A stretch of 42,070 bases of DNA, taken from Candidatus Parcubacteria bacterium (GTDB lineage: Bacteria > Patescibacteriota > Minisyncoccia > Phycocordibacterales > CALRHW01). The notes under the pieces are model-generated. The model did not search any database and was not told the DNA's origin. It worked only from the letters and a program-made list of their open reading frames with translations. The stretch is taken from positions 1-42,070 of the forward strand of contig SICJ01000002.1 of assembly GCA_009691505.1 (NCBI GenBank), in the 5' to 3' direction. Positions 19,030-27,898 of this stretch are shown here, piece by piece. Each line of letters begins with the position of its first letter. Position 1 is the first letter of the stretch. A program made the translations under genes and the position numbers.

Positions 19030-19565
19030 ATGACACGCGGTCAATTTACATATGAACAAATAGTGGCGGTCTGGAACAAGTTAGGTAGCAAGGAAGCTAC
19101 TGTACGCTTACTAGAACAAAAGAGTCTAAGGTGGTTATGAATCAATACATCATTGACGGCGAAAAGAAGCCCTTCCAACCAAAGGGCTGGGCTATTGTGG
19201 AGCATCGTAAAGACGGTTGGTCACCGTGGAACTCAAAGCATGCCCTGCATCTCTCCTGCGGTCAGAAGGGCAATAATGTCAGCAATGGTAACCAGCTCCG
19301 CGAGGAACTCGCTGGTCTAGCTGTCCTGAACGCCAACACGTTGGATTATTTTTTAAGTAATCCAGACCGCATTCCCACATCATGGAAAATGGATAAAAAA
19401 GGACGTCACTGGTGGGTTTGTTTTTGGGGCACGATCTACCGTCTTTACGACGGTGGTCTCTGTGTCCGATGCCTCTGCTGGGGCACCTATGGGTGGTGCT
19501 GGAGTTCCTGCAGGATTGGCCTTTCCTTTTCTGGACAATACCCTGCGGCTGTGCTCGTAAGTTAA
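19030..19565 (+). pseudogene. frameshifted DGR-type variable protein gene (putative CLec-fold C-terminus); remote target without RT or template
   Basis: Frame 1 19030-19140 (MTRGQFTYEQIVAVWNKLGSKEATVRLL) joins frame 3 19131-19565 near the A-run at 19118-19121; C-terminus FWGTIYR..G.LCVRCLCW...WCW......PAAVLVS; 13 A in 120 nt at 19440-19559. Confidence 0.7.
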
Positions 19566-19661
19566 AGTTATGAGGACTCGTTCTCTGTGATCTTTTAGAT
19601 CCTTGGGACTTAGTTCTTCTCGGCGATTTTCGCCAAAAGTATTCCAAAACTTTAAATATGG

Positions 19662-19695
19662 AAACTCTGCATGTAATGTGCAGGGTTTTTTCTTT
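19662..19695 (+). terminator. intrinsic terminator
   Basis: ACTCTGCAT-GTA-ATGTGCAGGGT stem followed by T-tract. Confidence 0.6.
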
Positions 19696-19715
19696 ATCTA
19701 AAACCCTAAACAAAA

Positions 19716-19785
19716 GTGTGGATAACTATGTAGTATTGTGGGATAGAGTGTCATATAATGTGTATCAAGTGGGAGAAAGTGGTAA
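19716..19785 (+). promoter_or_regulatory. mraZ promoter region with MraZ-box-like GTGG/GTGT repeats and one DnaA box
   Basis: (G/A)TG(G/T) recurring at ~10-nt spacing; TATAAT at 19754; TGTGGATAA at 19717-19725. Confidence 0.7.
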
Positions 19786-19800
19786 GCATAAAAAATCACA

Positions 19801-20235
19801 ATGCTTTTAGGAGAATACACACATACGGTAGATGAAAAAAATAGAATTTCGTTGCCGTCAAAATTTCGCAAAGAAGTAGGAAAAAAAATTGTGATTACCC
19901 ACGGTTTAGATACGTGTCTGTTTTTGTATCCGCTCAAAGAATGGGCAAAAATTGCGAGTAAACTTTCCGAGCTCGGAATGGGACAAGCAGACACGCGAGG
20001 GTTCAATCGTTTTATGCTCGCTGGAGCAGTAGAAGCGGACGTAGACGGCACAGGTCGAATCCTCATTCCTGATTTTCTTAAGGAATTTGCTGACCTTAAG
20101 AATAAAGTTGTTTTCACTGGAGTCCACAACAGAGTGGAAATCTGGAATGAAAAAAACTGGAAGGAATACAAGAGCAGAATTGAAAAGCAAGCGGATAGAA
20201 TGGCGGAAAAGCTTGGTGAGATAGGAGTCTTTTAA
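19801..20235 (+). CDS. mraZ: division/cell wall cluster transcriptional repressor MraZ
   Basis: MLLGEYTHTVDEKNRISLP, DGTGRILIP, RVEIW. Confidence 0.98.
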   Translation: MLLGEYTHTVDEKNRISLPSKFRKEVGKKIVITHGLDTCLFLYPLKEWAKIASKLSELGMGQADTRGFNRFMLAGAVEADVDGTGRILIPDFLKEFADLKNKVVFTGVHNRVEIWNEKNWKEYKSRIEKQADRMAEKLGEIGVF

Positions 20236-20238
20236 TAT

Positions 20239-21183
20239 ATGCAAGCGCCAAGTATAAAAGTATCCGCTAGTAAAAGCAATCAAAACAGTGTGGTTCACAA
20301 AAGTGTTCTTTTACAACAATCAATACTCGGATTAGATATCAAAGCAGGAGATGTCTTCGTAGATGCGACGCTCGGTGGCGGAGGTCATAGCGAAGCGGTC
20401 TGCGAGGTTGCTCACGGCAACGTGACAATCATCGGCGTAGACGCAGACCAAAAAGCAGTACAAAGATCTCAAATGCGTTTGAAAAAACAGGACTGCAAAA
20501 TTTTATTTAAACAATCCAACTTTCGCAACCTTGATGTCGTGCTCGCAGAGCTAGGATTTACGCAAGTAGATAAAATTCTTTTTGATCTAGGATTGAGTTC
20601 ACAAGAAATACAAGAGTCTGGTAGGGGATTTACATTTCAAAAAAATGAACCACTTCTCATGACTTTCAATGCCGAGCCAAAAGAAGAAGACTTAACTGCC
20701 CGCGAAATCGTAAATACTTGGGATGAAGAAAATATTGAAACGATAATCAAAAGCTATGGCGAAGAAAAATATGCGCGTCGCATTGCAAGAATGATAGTAG
20801 AGAGTCGCGCAGAAAAGCCGATAGAAACCACTTTTGATCTCGTGGAAATAATTAAAATGGCGACGCCAAGCTCTTATCATAGAATGAAAATTCATCCAGC
20901 GACTCGCACATTTCAAGCCCTGCGAATGACAGTAAACGACGAGGTTCGCACTCTCACCGAAGGTTTAGAAAAAAGTTTTGCGAGTTTGCGGGTAGGTGGG
21001 CGAATAGCGGTGATTTCTTTCCACAGTATTGAAGACAGAGTTGTAAAACATTATTTTAAAAAGTTGGCGGTAGACGGAAAATTAATTTTAATAAACAAAA
21101 AACCAATAACCCCGACAGACGAGGAAATCGCCGAAAATCCCAGATCCAGAAGCGCCAAACTCAGAATCATAGAGAAAATTTAA
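20239..21183 (+). CDS. rsmH: 16S rRNA m4C1402 methyltransferase
   Basis: DATLGGGGHS, DLGLSS, HPATRTFQALR, ISFHSIEDR, NPRSRSAKLR. Confidence 0.98.
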   Translation: MQAPSIKVSASKSNQNSVVHKSVLLQQSILGLDIKAGDVFVDATLGGGGHSEAVCEVAHGNVTIIGVDADQKAVQRSQMRLKKQDCKILFKQSNFRNLDVVLAELGFTQVDKILFDLGLSSQEIQESGRGFTFQKNEPLLMTFNAEPKEEDLTAREIVNTWDEENIETIIKSYGEEKYARRIARMIVESRAEKPIETTFDLVEIIKMATPSSYHRMKIHPATRTFQALRMTVNDEVRTLTEGLEKSFASLRVGGRIAVISFHSIEDRVVKHYFKKLAVDGKLILINKKPITPTDEEIAENPRSRSAKLRIIEKI

Positions 21184-21219
21184 AAAAGCCCTTTTAAAAA
21201 AGCCCATTAAAAAACTAAA

Positions 21220-21543
21220 ATGAAAGCAAAAATAATAGAATTAAAAAACGAAAGAACGATGGTGTGGGTTACTCTAGCCTTTGTTGTAACACTTCTTTTG
21301 CTATATGTATATTTCATGAATGAAACAGTTTTTACTGTTGCAAAACGGGCAAGCTTACAACAAGAGCTCGCTTTACACACTTCTAAAATCAGCCAGCTTG
21401 AATTCAAAAGTATCTCACTTCGCAACAACATTGATTTAGCACTTGCATATTCTCTTGGTTTCAATGATATAAAAACAAACGAACTTAGGTACATTTCAAA
21501 AACTCCCACCACAGCTCTCGCAACACTTAGCAGTGTTCAGTAA
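21220..21543 (+). CDS. FtsL-like cell division protein
   Basis: TM helix, coiled coil and A..LGF motif, between rsmH and ftsI. Confidence 0.65.
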   Translation: MKAKIIELKNERTMVWVTLAFVVTLLLLYVYFMNETVFTVAKRASLQQELALHTSKISQLEFKSISLRNNIDLALAYSLGFNDIKTNELRYISKTPTTALATLSSVQ

Positions 21544-21563
21544 CGTGTTATGCTTAAATTAGG

Positions 21564-23273
21564 ATGAAACCTAGTATTTTTAGAATCAGATTTTTATTTT
21601 CCCTCATTTTTTTATGCGTCCTCGTGCTTGTATTTCGTTTGTATATTGTGCAAGTGGTAGATGCTGGTAAATATAAAGACGTAGCAAATCAACAACACAC
21701 AAAAATAGCTTCAAGTATTTTTAATCGTGGAACGATTAGTTTTACAAAAAAAGACGGAGGGCTCGTCTCGGCGGCAACCTTGCAATCTGGGTATACCGTC
21801 GCTATAAATCCACGAATTTTAAAAAATGCGGAAGATGTTTATAAAAAACTCGTCGCTCTCGTGCCTAGTTTAGATGAAAATATTTTTCTCACTCACGCAA
21901 AAAAAATAAACGACCCACACGAGGAAATTTTAAAACATGTGGATAGCGACACTGGCAAAAAAATCGGCGCACTCGGTATTGCTGGATTAAGCATTTTTCA
22001 AGACAAATGGAGATTTTATCCGGGAGATTCTATGGCTGCTCACGTCCTTGGACTCGTGGGATACAAGGGTAATGAGCTCGGCGGACGATATGGTTTAGAG
22101 CGTTTTTATGAAGACAATTTAAAAAAAGATAATCAGGTATCTTATGTCAATTTTTTTGTTAGTATTTTTTCAAACATAAAAAACGGTCTGTCTGGTAATG
22201 CAAAATATGAAGGGGATATTGTGACTACTATTGAGCCGTCAGTGGAGGCTTTTTTAGAACGTGAGCTGGAACAAGTAAATAAAAAATGGTCTTCGGATTA
22301 TAGCGGTGGAATAATTATTGACCCAAAAACTGGTGAGATAATAGCGATGGCATTGTATCCGACCTTTAATCCAAACGCACCTCAAAATGAAATCAGCTCT
22401 GCTATTTTTTCCAATCTTCTTGTAGAAAATGTTTACGAAATGGGTTCTATTATCAAACCTCTCACAATGTCTGCTGGAATAGACGCTCTTGCCGTCACTC
22501 CAAAAACAACATATTTTGATACAGGTTCCGTGACTTTAAACGGCAAGACGATTTCAAATTATGACGGAAAAGGTCGCGGACTTATTCCAATGCAAGAAGT
22601 GCTCAATCAGTCGCTCAACACTGGCGCGGCTTTTGTTGTAAAAACGATGGGAAAAGAAAAGTTTTCAAAATATATGTTTGATTTTGGTCTTGGTGAAAAA
22701 TCAGGAATTGATTTACCAAATGAAGCCGCTCCACTTGTGGCTAATTTAAATAGTCCAAGAGAAATAGAGCCAACGACCGCATCTTTTGGACAAGGAATAG
22801 CTATCTCTCCAATCGTTACTGTGCGCGCGCTTTCCGTTTTAGCAAATGGGGGAATACTTATAAATCCACACATTGTAAAAAAAATTGACTACACCACAGG
22901 CCTTTCAAAAACCGTATCTTTTCCAGAAGGTCGGCGTGTTTTAAAGTCAGAAACATCTGAAACGATATCAAAAATGCTAGTAGAAACCGTAGACAAATCT
23001 ATTATTGAGGGGAAAATAAAAATTTCAAATTATAGCGTTGCCGCAAAGACGGGGACTGCTCAGATTGCAAAAGAGGAAGGAGGCGGTTATTATGATGACC
23101 GATTCCTGCATTCGTTTTTTGGTTATTTCCCAGCATATAATCCTCGTTTTCTGGTTTTTATTTTCACATATTATCCAAAAGGTGTGAAATATTCTTCCGA
23201 TACATTACCATTTCCATTTATGAATATTACAAAATTCCTCATCAATTATTACGATATTCCGCCAGACCGATAG
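21564..23273 (+). CDS. ftsI: peptidoglycan D,D-transpeptidase FtsI/PBP3
   Basis: YEMGSIIK (SxxK), SLN, KTGTAQ; dcw position. Confidence 0.92.
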   Translation: MKPSIFRIRFLFSLIFLCVLVLVFRLYIVQVVDAGKYKDVANQQHTKIASSIFNRGTISFTKKDGGLVSAATLQSGYTVAINPRILKNAEDVYKKLVALVPSLDENIFLTHAKKINDPHEEILKHVDSDTGKKIGALGIAGLSIFQDKWRFYPGDSMAAHVLGLVGYKGNELGGRYGLERFYEDNLKKDNQVSYVNFFVSIFSNIKNGLSGNAKYEGDIVTTIEPSVEAFLERELEQVNKKWSSDYSGGIIIDPKTGEIIAMALYPTFNPNAPQNEISSAIFSNLLVENVYEMGSIIKPLTMSAGIDALAVTPKTTYFDTGSVTLNGKTISNYDGKGRGLIPMQEVLNQSLNTGAAFVVKTMGKEKFSKYMFDFGLGEKSGIDLPNEAAPLVANLNSPREIEPTTASFGQGIAISPIVTVRALSVLANGGILINPHIVKKIDYTTGLSKTVSFPEGRRVLKSETSETISKMLVETVDKSIIEGKIKISNYSVAAKTGTAQIAKEEGGGYYDDRFLHSFFGYFPAYNPRFLVFIFTYYPKGVKYSSDTLPFPFMNITKFLINYYDIPPDR

Positions 23274-23285
23274 TTAAAAGACCCA

Positions 23286-24644
23286 ATGACAAAAAAAATA
23301 TTTAAAAAAATAATAGCCTACATAATTTTAGTTGAGGCAAAACTAGTGCTTAAAAAATATAAGCCAAAGATTATTGCTGTGACGGGAAGTGTGGGGAAAA
23401 CCACATCCAAAGACGCCATTTATGCTGCACTTTCACAATTTTATTTTATACGAAAAAGTTTAAAAACTCTGAATACCGATATCGGCGTACCACTTACTAT
23501 TATCGGGTGTCCAAATGGTTGGAGCAATCCTTTTGTTTGGATGAAAAATATTTTAGAGGGAATTGCTCTCATTATTTTACCAAATGTTTATCCAAAGTGG
23601 CTTGTGCTTGAAATCGGAATAGATAAGCCCGGAGATATGGAATATATCACCTCGTGGCTAAAGCCAGACATTGTGGTGCTTACACGTTTGAGTAAAGTGC
23701 CTGTGCATGTAGAATTTTTTTCGTCGCCACAAGCTGTGATGGAAGAAAAAGGGAAACTCGTAAAAGCAGTAAAACCAAACGGCGTAGTAATTTTAAATGC
23801 AGATGATGAAGACGTGCTTGCGTTTAGAGGTGTCACAAAAGCACGCACAATTTTATTTTCTGCTGACACAGATCACGACACAAATCACGGCGCCGATCTC
23901 GTCGCTTCAAATTACGCTGTTACTTATGAAGAAAAAGCTGGCGAGCAAGTTCCAACAGGAATTACATTTAGACTAGATTACGACAGCACAAGTATTCCTG
24001 TCACTATTTACGGTTCGCTCGGACATCAATATGTTTATACTTGTCTCGCGGCTTTATCTGTAGGAGTTTCGCAAGGACTCAATCTCGTGAAGCTCGCCAG
24101 TGCGCTTTCTTCATACGAGACTCCGCCGGGAAGAATGAAAATTTTGGAAGGAATAAAAAATTCTATACTCATTGACGACACATATAATTCTTCGCCAGTT
24201 GCTTTGGCGTCTGCTCTTGACGCACTCGCGGATTTAAAAAGTGGCAGAAAAATAGCGGTGCTTGGCGACATGCTTGAACTTGGAAAATACTCTACTGAAG
24301 AACATCGCACAGCTGGCGCGCGCGTGGCAGAGGTCGCGGATGTCTTGATTACAATAGGCGTGCGTGCACGTTTTTTTGCAGAAGGTGCTCTGGGAGTAGG
24401 TGGAGGTGGCGAAGCTCGCGCGACGCACGCAAAAAAAATGAAAGAAAAGAATATTATAAAATTTGAAGACTCAAAACAAGCTAAAGAATTCCTAAAGAAA
24501 TTTATAAAAAAAGGCGATATCGTGCTTTTGAAGGGGTCGCAATCTATGCGTGTAGAACGTGTGACAGAAGGGCTACTGGCTCATCCTGAGTATTCAGTGG
24601 ACCTTTTGGTGCGACAGGACAAGGACTGGCTGAAACGGCAGTAA
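23286..24644 (+). CDS. murF: UDP-N-acetylmuramoyl-tripeptide--D-Ala-D-Ala ligase
   Basis: VTGSVGKTT, PGRM, DDTYNSSP, LGDMLELG, LLKGSQ. Confidence 0.95.
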   Translation: MTKKIFKKIIAYIILVEAKLVLKKYKPKIIAVTGSVGKTTSKDAIYAALSQFYFIRKSLKTLNTDIGVPLTIIGCPNGWSNPFVWMKNILEGIALIILPNVYPKWLVLEIGIDKPGDMEYITSWLKPDIVVLTRLSKVPVHVEFFSSPQAVMEEKGKLVKAVKPNGVVILNADDEDVLAFRGVTKARTILFSADTDHDTNHGADLVASNYAVTYEEKAGEQVPTGITFRLDYDSTSIPVTIYGSLGHQYVYTCLAALSVGVSQGLNLVKLASALSSYETPPGRMKILEGIKNSILIDDTYNSSPVALASALDALADLKSGRKIAVLGDMLELGKYSTEEHRTAGARVAEVADVLITIGVRARFFAEGALGVGGGGEARATHAKKMKEKNIIKFEDSKQAKEFLKKFIKKGDIVLLKGSQSMRVERVTEGLLAHPEYSVDLLVRQDKDWLKRQ

Positions 24645-24681
24645 ACGCCAAAACACCTCAGATTTGGTGGTTTTTTGGCGT
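24645..24681 (+). terminator. hairpin / probable terminator after murF
   Basis: ACGCCAAAA...TTTTGGCGT inverted repeat. Confidence 0.5.
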
Positions 24682-24717
24682 AGAATGGTTATAATTGGCG
24701 CTGTGCGGTGCGGTTTT

Positions 24718-24789
24718 GGCCCTATCGTCTAATGGTTAGGACGGGAGCTTCTCAAGCTCCAAATCCGGGTTCGATTCCCGGTAGGGTCA
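24718..24789 (+). tRNA. tRNA-Glu(CTC)
   Basis: Acceptor GGCCCTA/TAGGGTC, anticodon arm GGAGC-TT-CTC-AA-GCTCC, T-arm CCGGGTTCGATTCCCGG. Confidence 0.97.
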
Positions 24790-25290
24790 CACTAAGGGAT
24801 TTTGTATCTCTAAATTCATCAGCTAGCTTGTACGGTATAGATAATTTTGGTGTTCCATTAAGTACTTCTTCATAAGTTGGTAATTCTTCAAAAATAAGAC
24901 CGAACAAGCCCTTCAAAGTTTGAATATCTTCTTGTTTTACAAGCATTTCTACTGGGTGTTCCATTAGGTTTTTTACATACCCCACAAATGAATGAATGTC
25001 ATTTTCTTGAACTTCTAGGCCATTCCTTTGTTCTCTAGCTAACTCTAATTGTCGGTGTAATTCGTTGATTTGTTTTTCAAGTTCATTTCTGATTATTTCA
25101 TTTCTAGTAGAGGTGTAGACTTCTATTTTTTGTTTCTTCTCTATTTCAAGTTGGATGACTGTTGTTCCAACCCTTACTGAAAATTCACCCAATTCTTTTT
25201 CCTTTTCTCGATATTTATTTATTAGGGTGGCCTCAAGACCTTTTATAAAACCGTCATCTTTATATTTTAAATTAGAGACAAATTTAAAAC
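24752..25290 (-). pseudogene. C-terminal fragment of a site-specific recombinase (large serine recombinase-like coiled-coil tail) reading into tRNA-Glu
   Basis: Frame stays open upstream of 25192 to ~25290 without a good start; coiled coil, LFGLIFEELPTYEEVLNGTPKLS, ends VTLPGIEPGFGA* on the tRNA antisense; catalytic domain absent. Confidence 0.7.
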
Positions 25291-25425
25291 ATAATCATTA
25301 CTATTAAAGGTTTCTTCAAGGGGATTAAGGGCCGACAACCAAACAGTGTCATTGTCAGTTTCAAATGATTTATATGAACCCTTTGGGTTCTCAATAATTA
25401 TTTTGTATTTTGAATAATCAATCAT
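25267..25425 (-). pseudogene. N-terminal fragment resembling inorganic pyrophosphatase family
   Basis: MIDYSKYKIIIENPKGSYKSF...; ATG overlaps the upstream TGA; truncated. Confidence 0.4.
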
Positions 25426-25533
25426 ATCTCTTGTTCGATAATAAATTCATTTCCGTCAGCGTCGGCAATAATGGCTTCTTTCCAGCCCCATGGTTTAGTC
25501 TCAATTTGTTGAACAATTTTTGCTCCGAAGTCA
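25391..25533. repeat. 143-bp direct repeat, copy 1
   Basis: Matches 26040-26182 with 6 mismatches. Confidence 0.95.
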
Positions 25534-25715
25534 TGGAACCATACTAGTGCTTGCACAATATTTCGATCAGCTTCTGTGTAAATATCACAAAGTTCTAATG
25601 CAATATGTTCAACAATTTTTAGGTGGTAATTAACCATCCATTCATGATAAGTAAAACTTTCTCTTGAAAAGTTTTCTATCGTAATGTTTTTAAATTTTGT
25701 GATACTTTCTTGCAT
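25422..25715 (-). pseudogene. chimeric ORF: HD-domain N-terminus fused to VOC/glyoxalase C-terminus
   Basis: H...WFHDFG, then AKIVQQIETKPWGWKEAIIAD, nearly identical to the end of 26071-26436. Confidence 0.75.
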
Positions 25716-25719
25716 ATAA

Positions 25720-26025
25720 TTAATATCGACTTATGTCGTTATTTTTCAGTTTTGATAAAATTGGGTTAGGTATATTGTTTAACACTTGCTTTACTTCTCC
25801 ATCAGAAATCATTGTTCTAATGAAATTAGTAATTTTTTCTAGTAGCTCTTGCTCATGGGTATTTTCAATTAAAGCGAATCTTACGGTATTTTCTTCGTCT
25901 TGTGCATTTTCTGCAAGAAGCACAATATCATTTTCTATGGCAAACTTTCGAACACTACCACGGAATTTTACCCCGATGAGGTTTTTCGTTGCACTATTTA
26001 CCTGATAGATATCCCAATTAATCAT
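25720..26025 (-). CDS. hypothetical protein
   Basis: ORF with ATG at 26025 (MINWDIYQV...), closely spaced with the downstream ORF. Confidence 0.7.
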   Translation of the reverse strand: MINWDIYQVNSATKNLIGVKFRGSVRKFAIENDIVLLAENAQDEENTVRFALIENTHEQELLEKITNFIRTMISDGEVKQVLNNIPNPILSKLKNNDISRY

Positions 26026-26039
26026 ATTATTTAATCCAG

Positions 26040-26182
26040 TCAATAATTATTTTGTATTTTGAATAATCAATCATATCTCTTGTTCGATAATAAATTCGTT
26101 TCCGTCAATATCGGCAATTATTGCTTCTTTCCAGCCCCATGGTTTAGTCTCAATTTGTTGAACAATTTTTGCTCCGAAGTCA
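26040..26182. repeat. 143-bp direct repeat, copy 2
   Basis: Matches 25391-25533. Confidence 0.95.
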
Positions 26183-26436
26183 GAAACTTTCTGTAAAAAT
26201 TGTTCTAAATTATCGACTTGGAATGATACTTGTTTTCGCCCGCCTATATAATTACTTGCCCAATCTTTTGAACGATAGTCAGCATTTTCTTCAATATTAA
26301 ATTCAACATCGTCAAGTTTTGCGGAAGCGAACGGCGGGCGAAACTCGTCAAAAGTCATTCCAAAAATTTCCTCATAGAATGATTTTGATTTATTGAGATC
26401 GGCTACGCCGATTAAAATTGATGAAACTTTTATCAT
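26071..26436 (-). CDS. VOC family (glyoxalase/bleomycin resistance) protein
   Basis: VADLNKSKSFYEEIFG, SFQVDNL, PWG....ADIDGNEF. Confidence 0.9.
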   Translation of the reverse strand: MIKVSSILIGVADLNKSKSFYEEIFGMTFDEFRPPFASAKLDDVEFNIEENADYRSKDWASNYIGGRKQVSFQVDNLEQFLQKVSDFGAKIVQQIETKPWGWKEAIIADIDGNEFIIEQEI

Positions 26437-26512
26437 AAAATTATTTATCTTCTTTTATTCTCATTGTATTTATATAAGATATCACAATTATGTAGGGTTT
26501 TTTCTATTTTAG

Positions 26513-26824
26513 CTACTCTAATTTCAAGTTCAGATATTTCAAAAGCTTTAATTGGGTGACCAGTACGATTTTTTCTATCACTCTGACCTTTTCCTCAACT
26601 TTCTTCAGTCCAAGCTTTGAAAGCATAAATTCCGCTTGGGGTATAATCTTTGATATAATTCCATTAATCAATGGGTAGAGATAATCAGGGCAAGATATCA
26701 TGTTTTTGTTGACAAATAAGGTCATTTTCTGGGTCTTTACTGCTAAGCCACAGCGAGTAAAAACCGTATTCCACCTAATAACCATATTTTCTATGGTGTT
26801 CCATTCTAGGTATGGTGAGCTCAC
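26513..26824 (-). other. start-less ORF beginning at the right att site; probable displaced recombinase C-terminus
   Basis: Begins VSSPYLEWNTIENMVIRWNTVF at the TCACA core, in the same codon phase as VTLPGIEP at the left junction. Confidence 0.5.
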
Positions 26825-26889
26825 AGAGTGAAAAAAATTAAATTCATGCTAGTATAGTTGTGAGAGTGAGTTTCAACGCTCATACTTAT

Positions 26890-26955
26890 ACTGTCATAAC
26901 TGTGATGAAAATTGCTTCGGGTTTGGGTGTTAGCGTTGATGATTTAATGAAATAA
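26890..26955 (+). pseudogene. C-terminal remnant of XRE-family HTH protein
   Basis: TVITVMKIASGLGVSVDDLMK*. Confidence 0.55.
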
Positions 26956-26963
26956 ACAATTTT

Positions 26964-27185
26964 ATGAAAAAAATTAAAAACCTCACACTTTCGTATTTTA
27001 CAAAAAATTTTTCTATTGTCGTCGGGCTTGTTTTGATCTAGCGAGGAATTTGGTATGTCTTGGATTAGATAGACGGTATGTTTTTTGACAGCAATCATAT
27101 ATGGACTGCGTTAGGTGGAATTATTCTCGGGCTGATCATTTTATATATTCCAGATAAAGATTTAAAGGAAATAGAGAAACTTTAA
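26964..27185 (+). pseudogene. small membrane protein gene with two in-frame TAG stops
   Basis: MKKIKNLTLSYFTKNFSIVVGLVLI*RGIWYVLD*IDGMFF...LYIPDKDLKEIEKL; TAG at 27039 and 27066. Confidence 0.7.
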
Positions 27186-27236
27186 AAAAAGTGATAATAT
27201 TGATATAACATTATAAAAATAACACAACAAACTTCA

Positions 27237-27581
27237 TTGCCCGCCGAAGCCTTGGTACAGGCGGGATGGCATGCAAAAATAGTTTCTGATGTTCTTCTCG
27301 CACTCCATTCCCATGAACACGGCCTGACAAAAGAAGAGGCTGTCGAGCGGTTTCAAAAATACGGCCTCAATAAACTTCCTGAAGGAAAGGTAGACGGTTT
27401 GCTCCTTATTTTTTTACATCAATTTCAAAGCCCGCTGATTTACATTCTTTTTGTAGCGGCCGGTATTATTTTTGCTATGGGGTCAGCTATTGACGCCTCG
27501 ATTATTTTTATAGTACTTTTTTTTAATGCGATTTTGGGAACTGCCATTTCCTTATTATTAGAGAAAAAAGAATTTGATTAA
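27237..27581 (+). pseudogene. N-terminal fragment of cation-transporting P-type ATPase
   Basis: GLTKEEAVERFQKYGLNKLP, QFQSPLIYIL, NAILG; truncated after TM2. Confidence 0.85.
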
Positions 27582-27687
27582 TTTATAGACAAAATTATTA
27601 TTAAAAATAAAAAAGTTAAAAACAATGGGTTATTTTTGATTTTATGGTAAAATAGGACCCTTGGTTTAGGATGATGGAAAGATTTAG

Positions 27688-27897
27688 ATGTTTACAAACT
27701 TATTCAAAATCATTAAAGAATATATACACAACAGACCGAAAATCAAAAAGGTAGTCGGTGTTATTTTAATTCTTATTGGAATTACCGCCTTCTTAACTCC
27801 TCTCACGCCAGGCTCATGGCTGGCAATTATTGGTCTTGAATTATTAGGCGTGCGGATTTTATTTTTTGATAAATTTAAATTTTGGAAGAAAAAATAA
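27688..27897 (+). CDS. small membrane protein (PGPGW-like)
   Basis: GVILILIG...TPLTPGSWLAIIGLELLG. Confidence 0.75.
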   Translation: MFTNLFKIIKEYIHNRPKIKKVVGVILILIGITAFLTPLTPGSWLAIIGLELLGVRILFFDKFKFWKKK

Positions 27898-27898
27898 A

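Larger units (their letters stand above)
24787..26825. mobile_element. decayed integrative element at the tRNA-Glu 3' end
   Basis: Shared TCACA core at 24787-24791 and 26821-26825 with flanking similarity; recombinase remnant at left end; AT-rich cargo all on the minus strand. Confidence 0.65.

Noticed and set aside
19716..19785. Periodic GTGG repeats as an origin or iteron region
   Set aside because: Explained by the known MraZ binding repeats; a single DnaA box is not enough for oriC.
25391..26182. 143-bp repeat pair as a DGR template/variable repeat
   Set aside because: The 6 mismatches are not confined to adenines of one copy on either strand and are mostly synonymous; no RT nearby.
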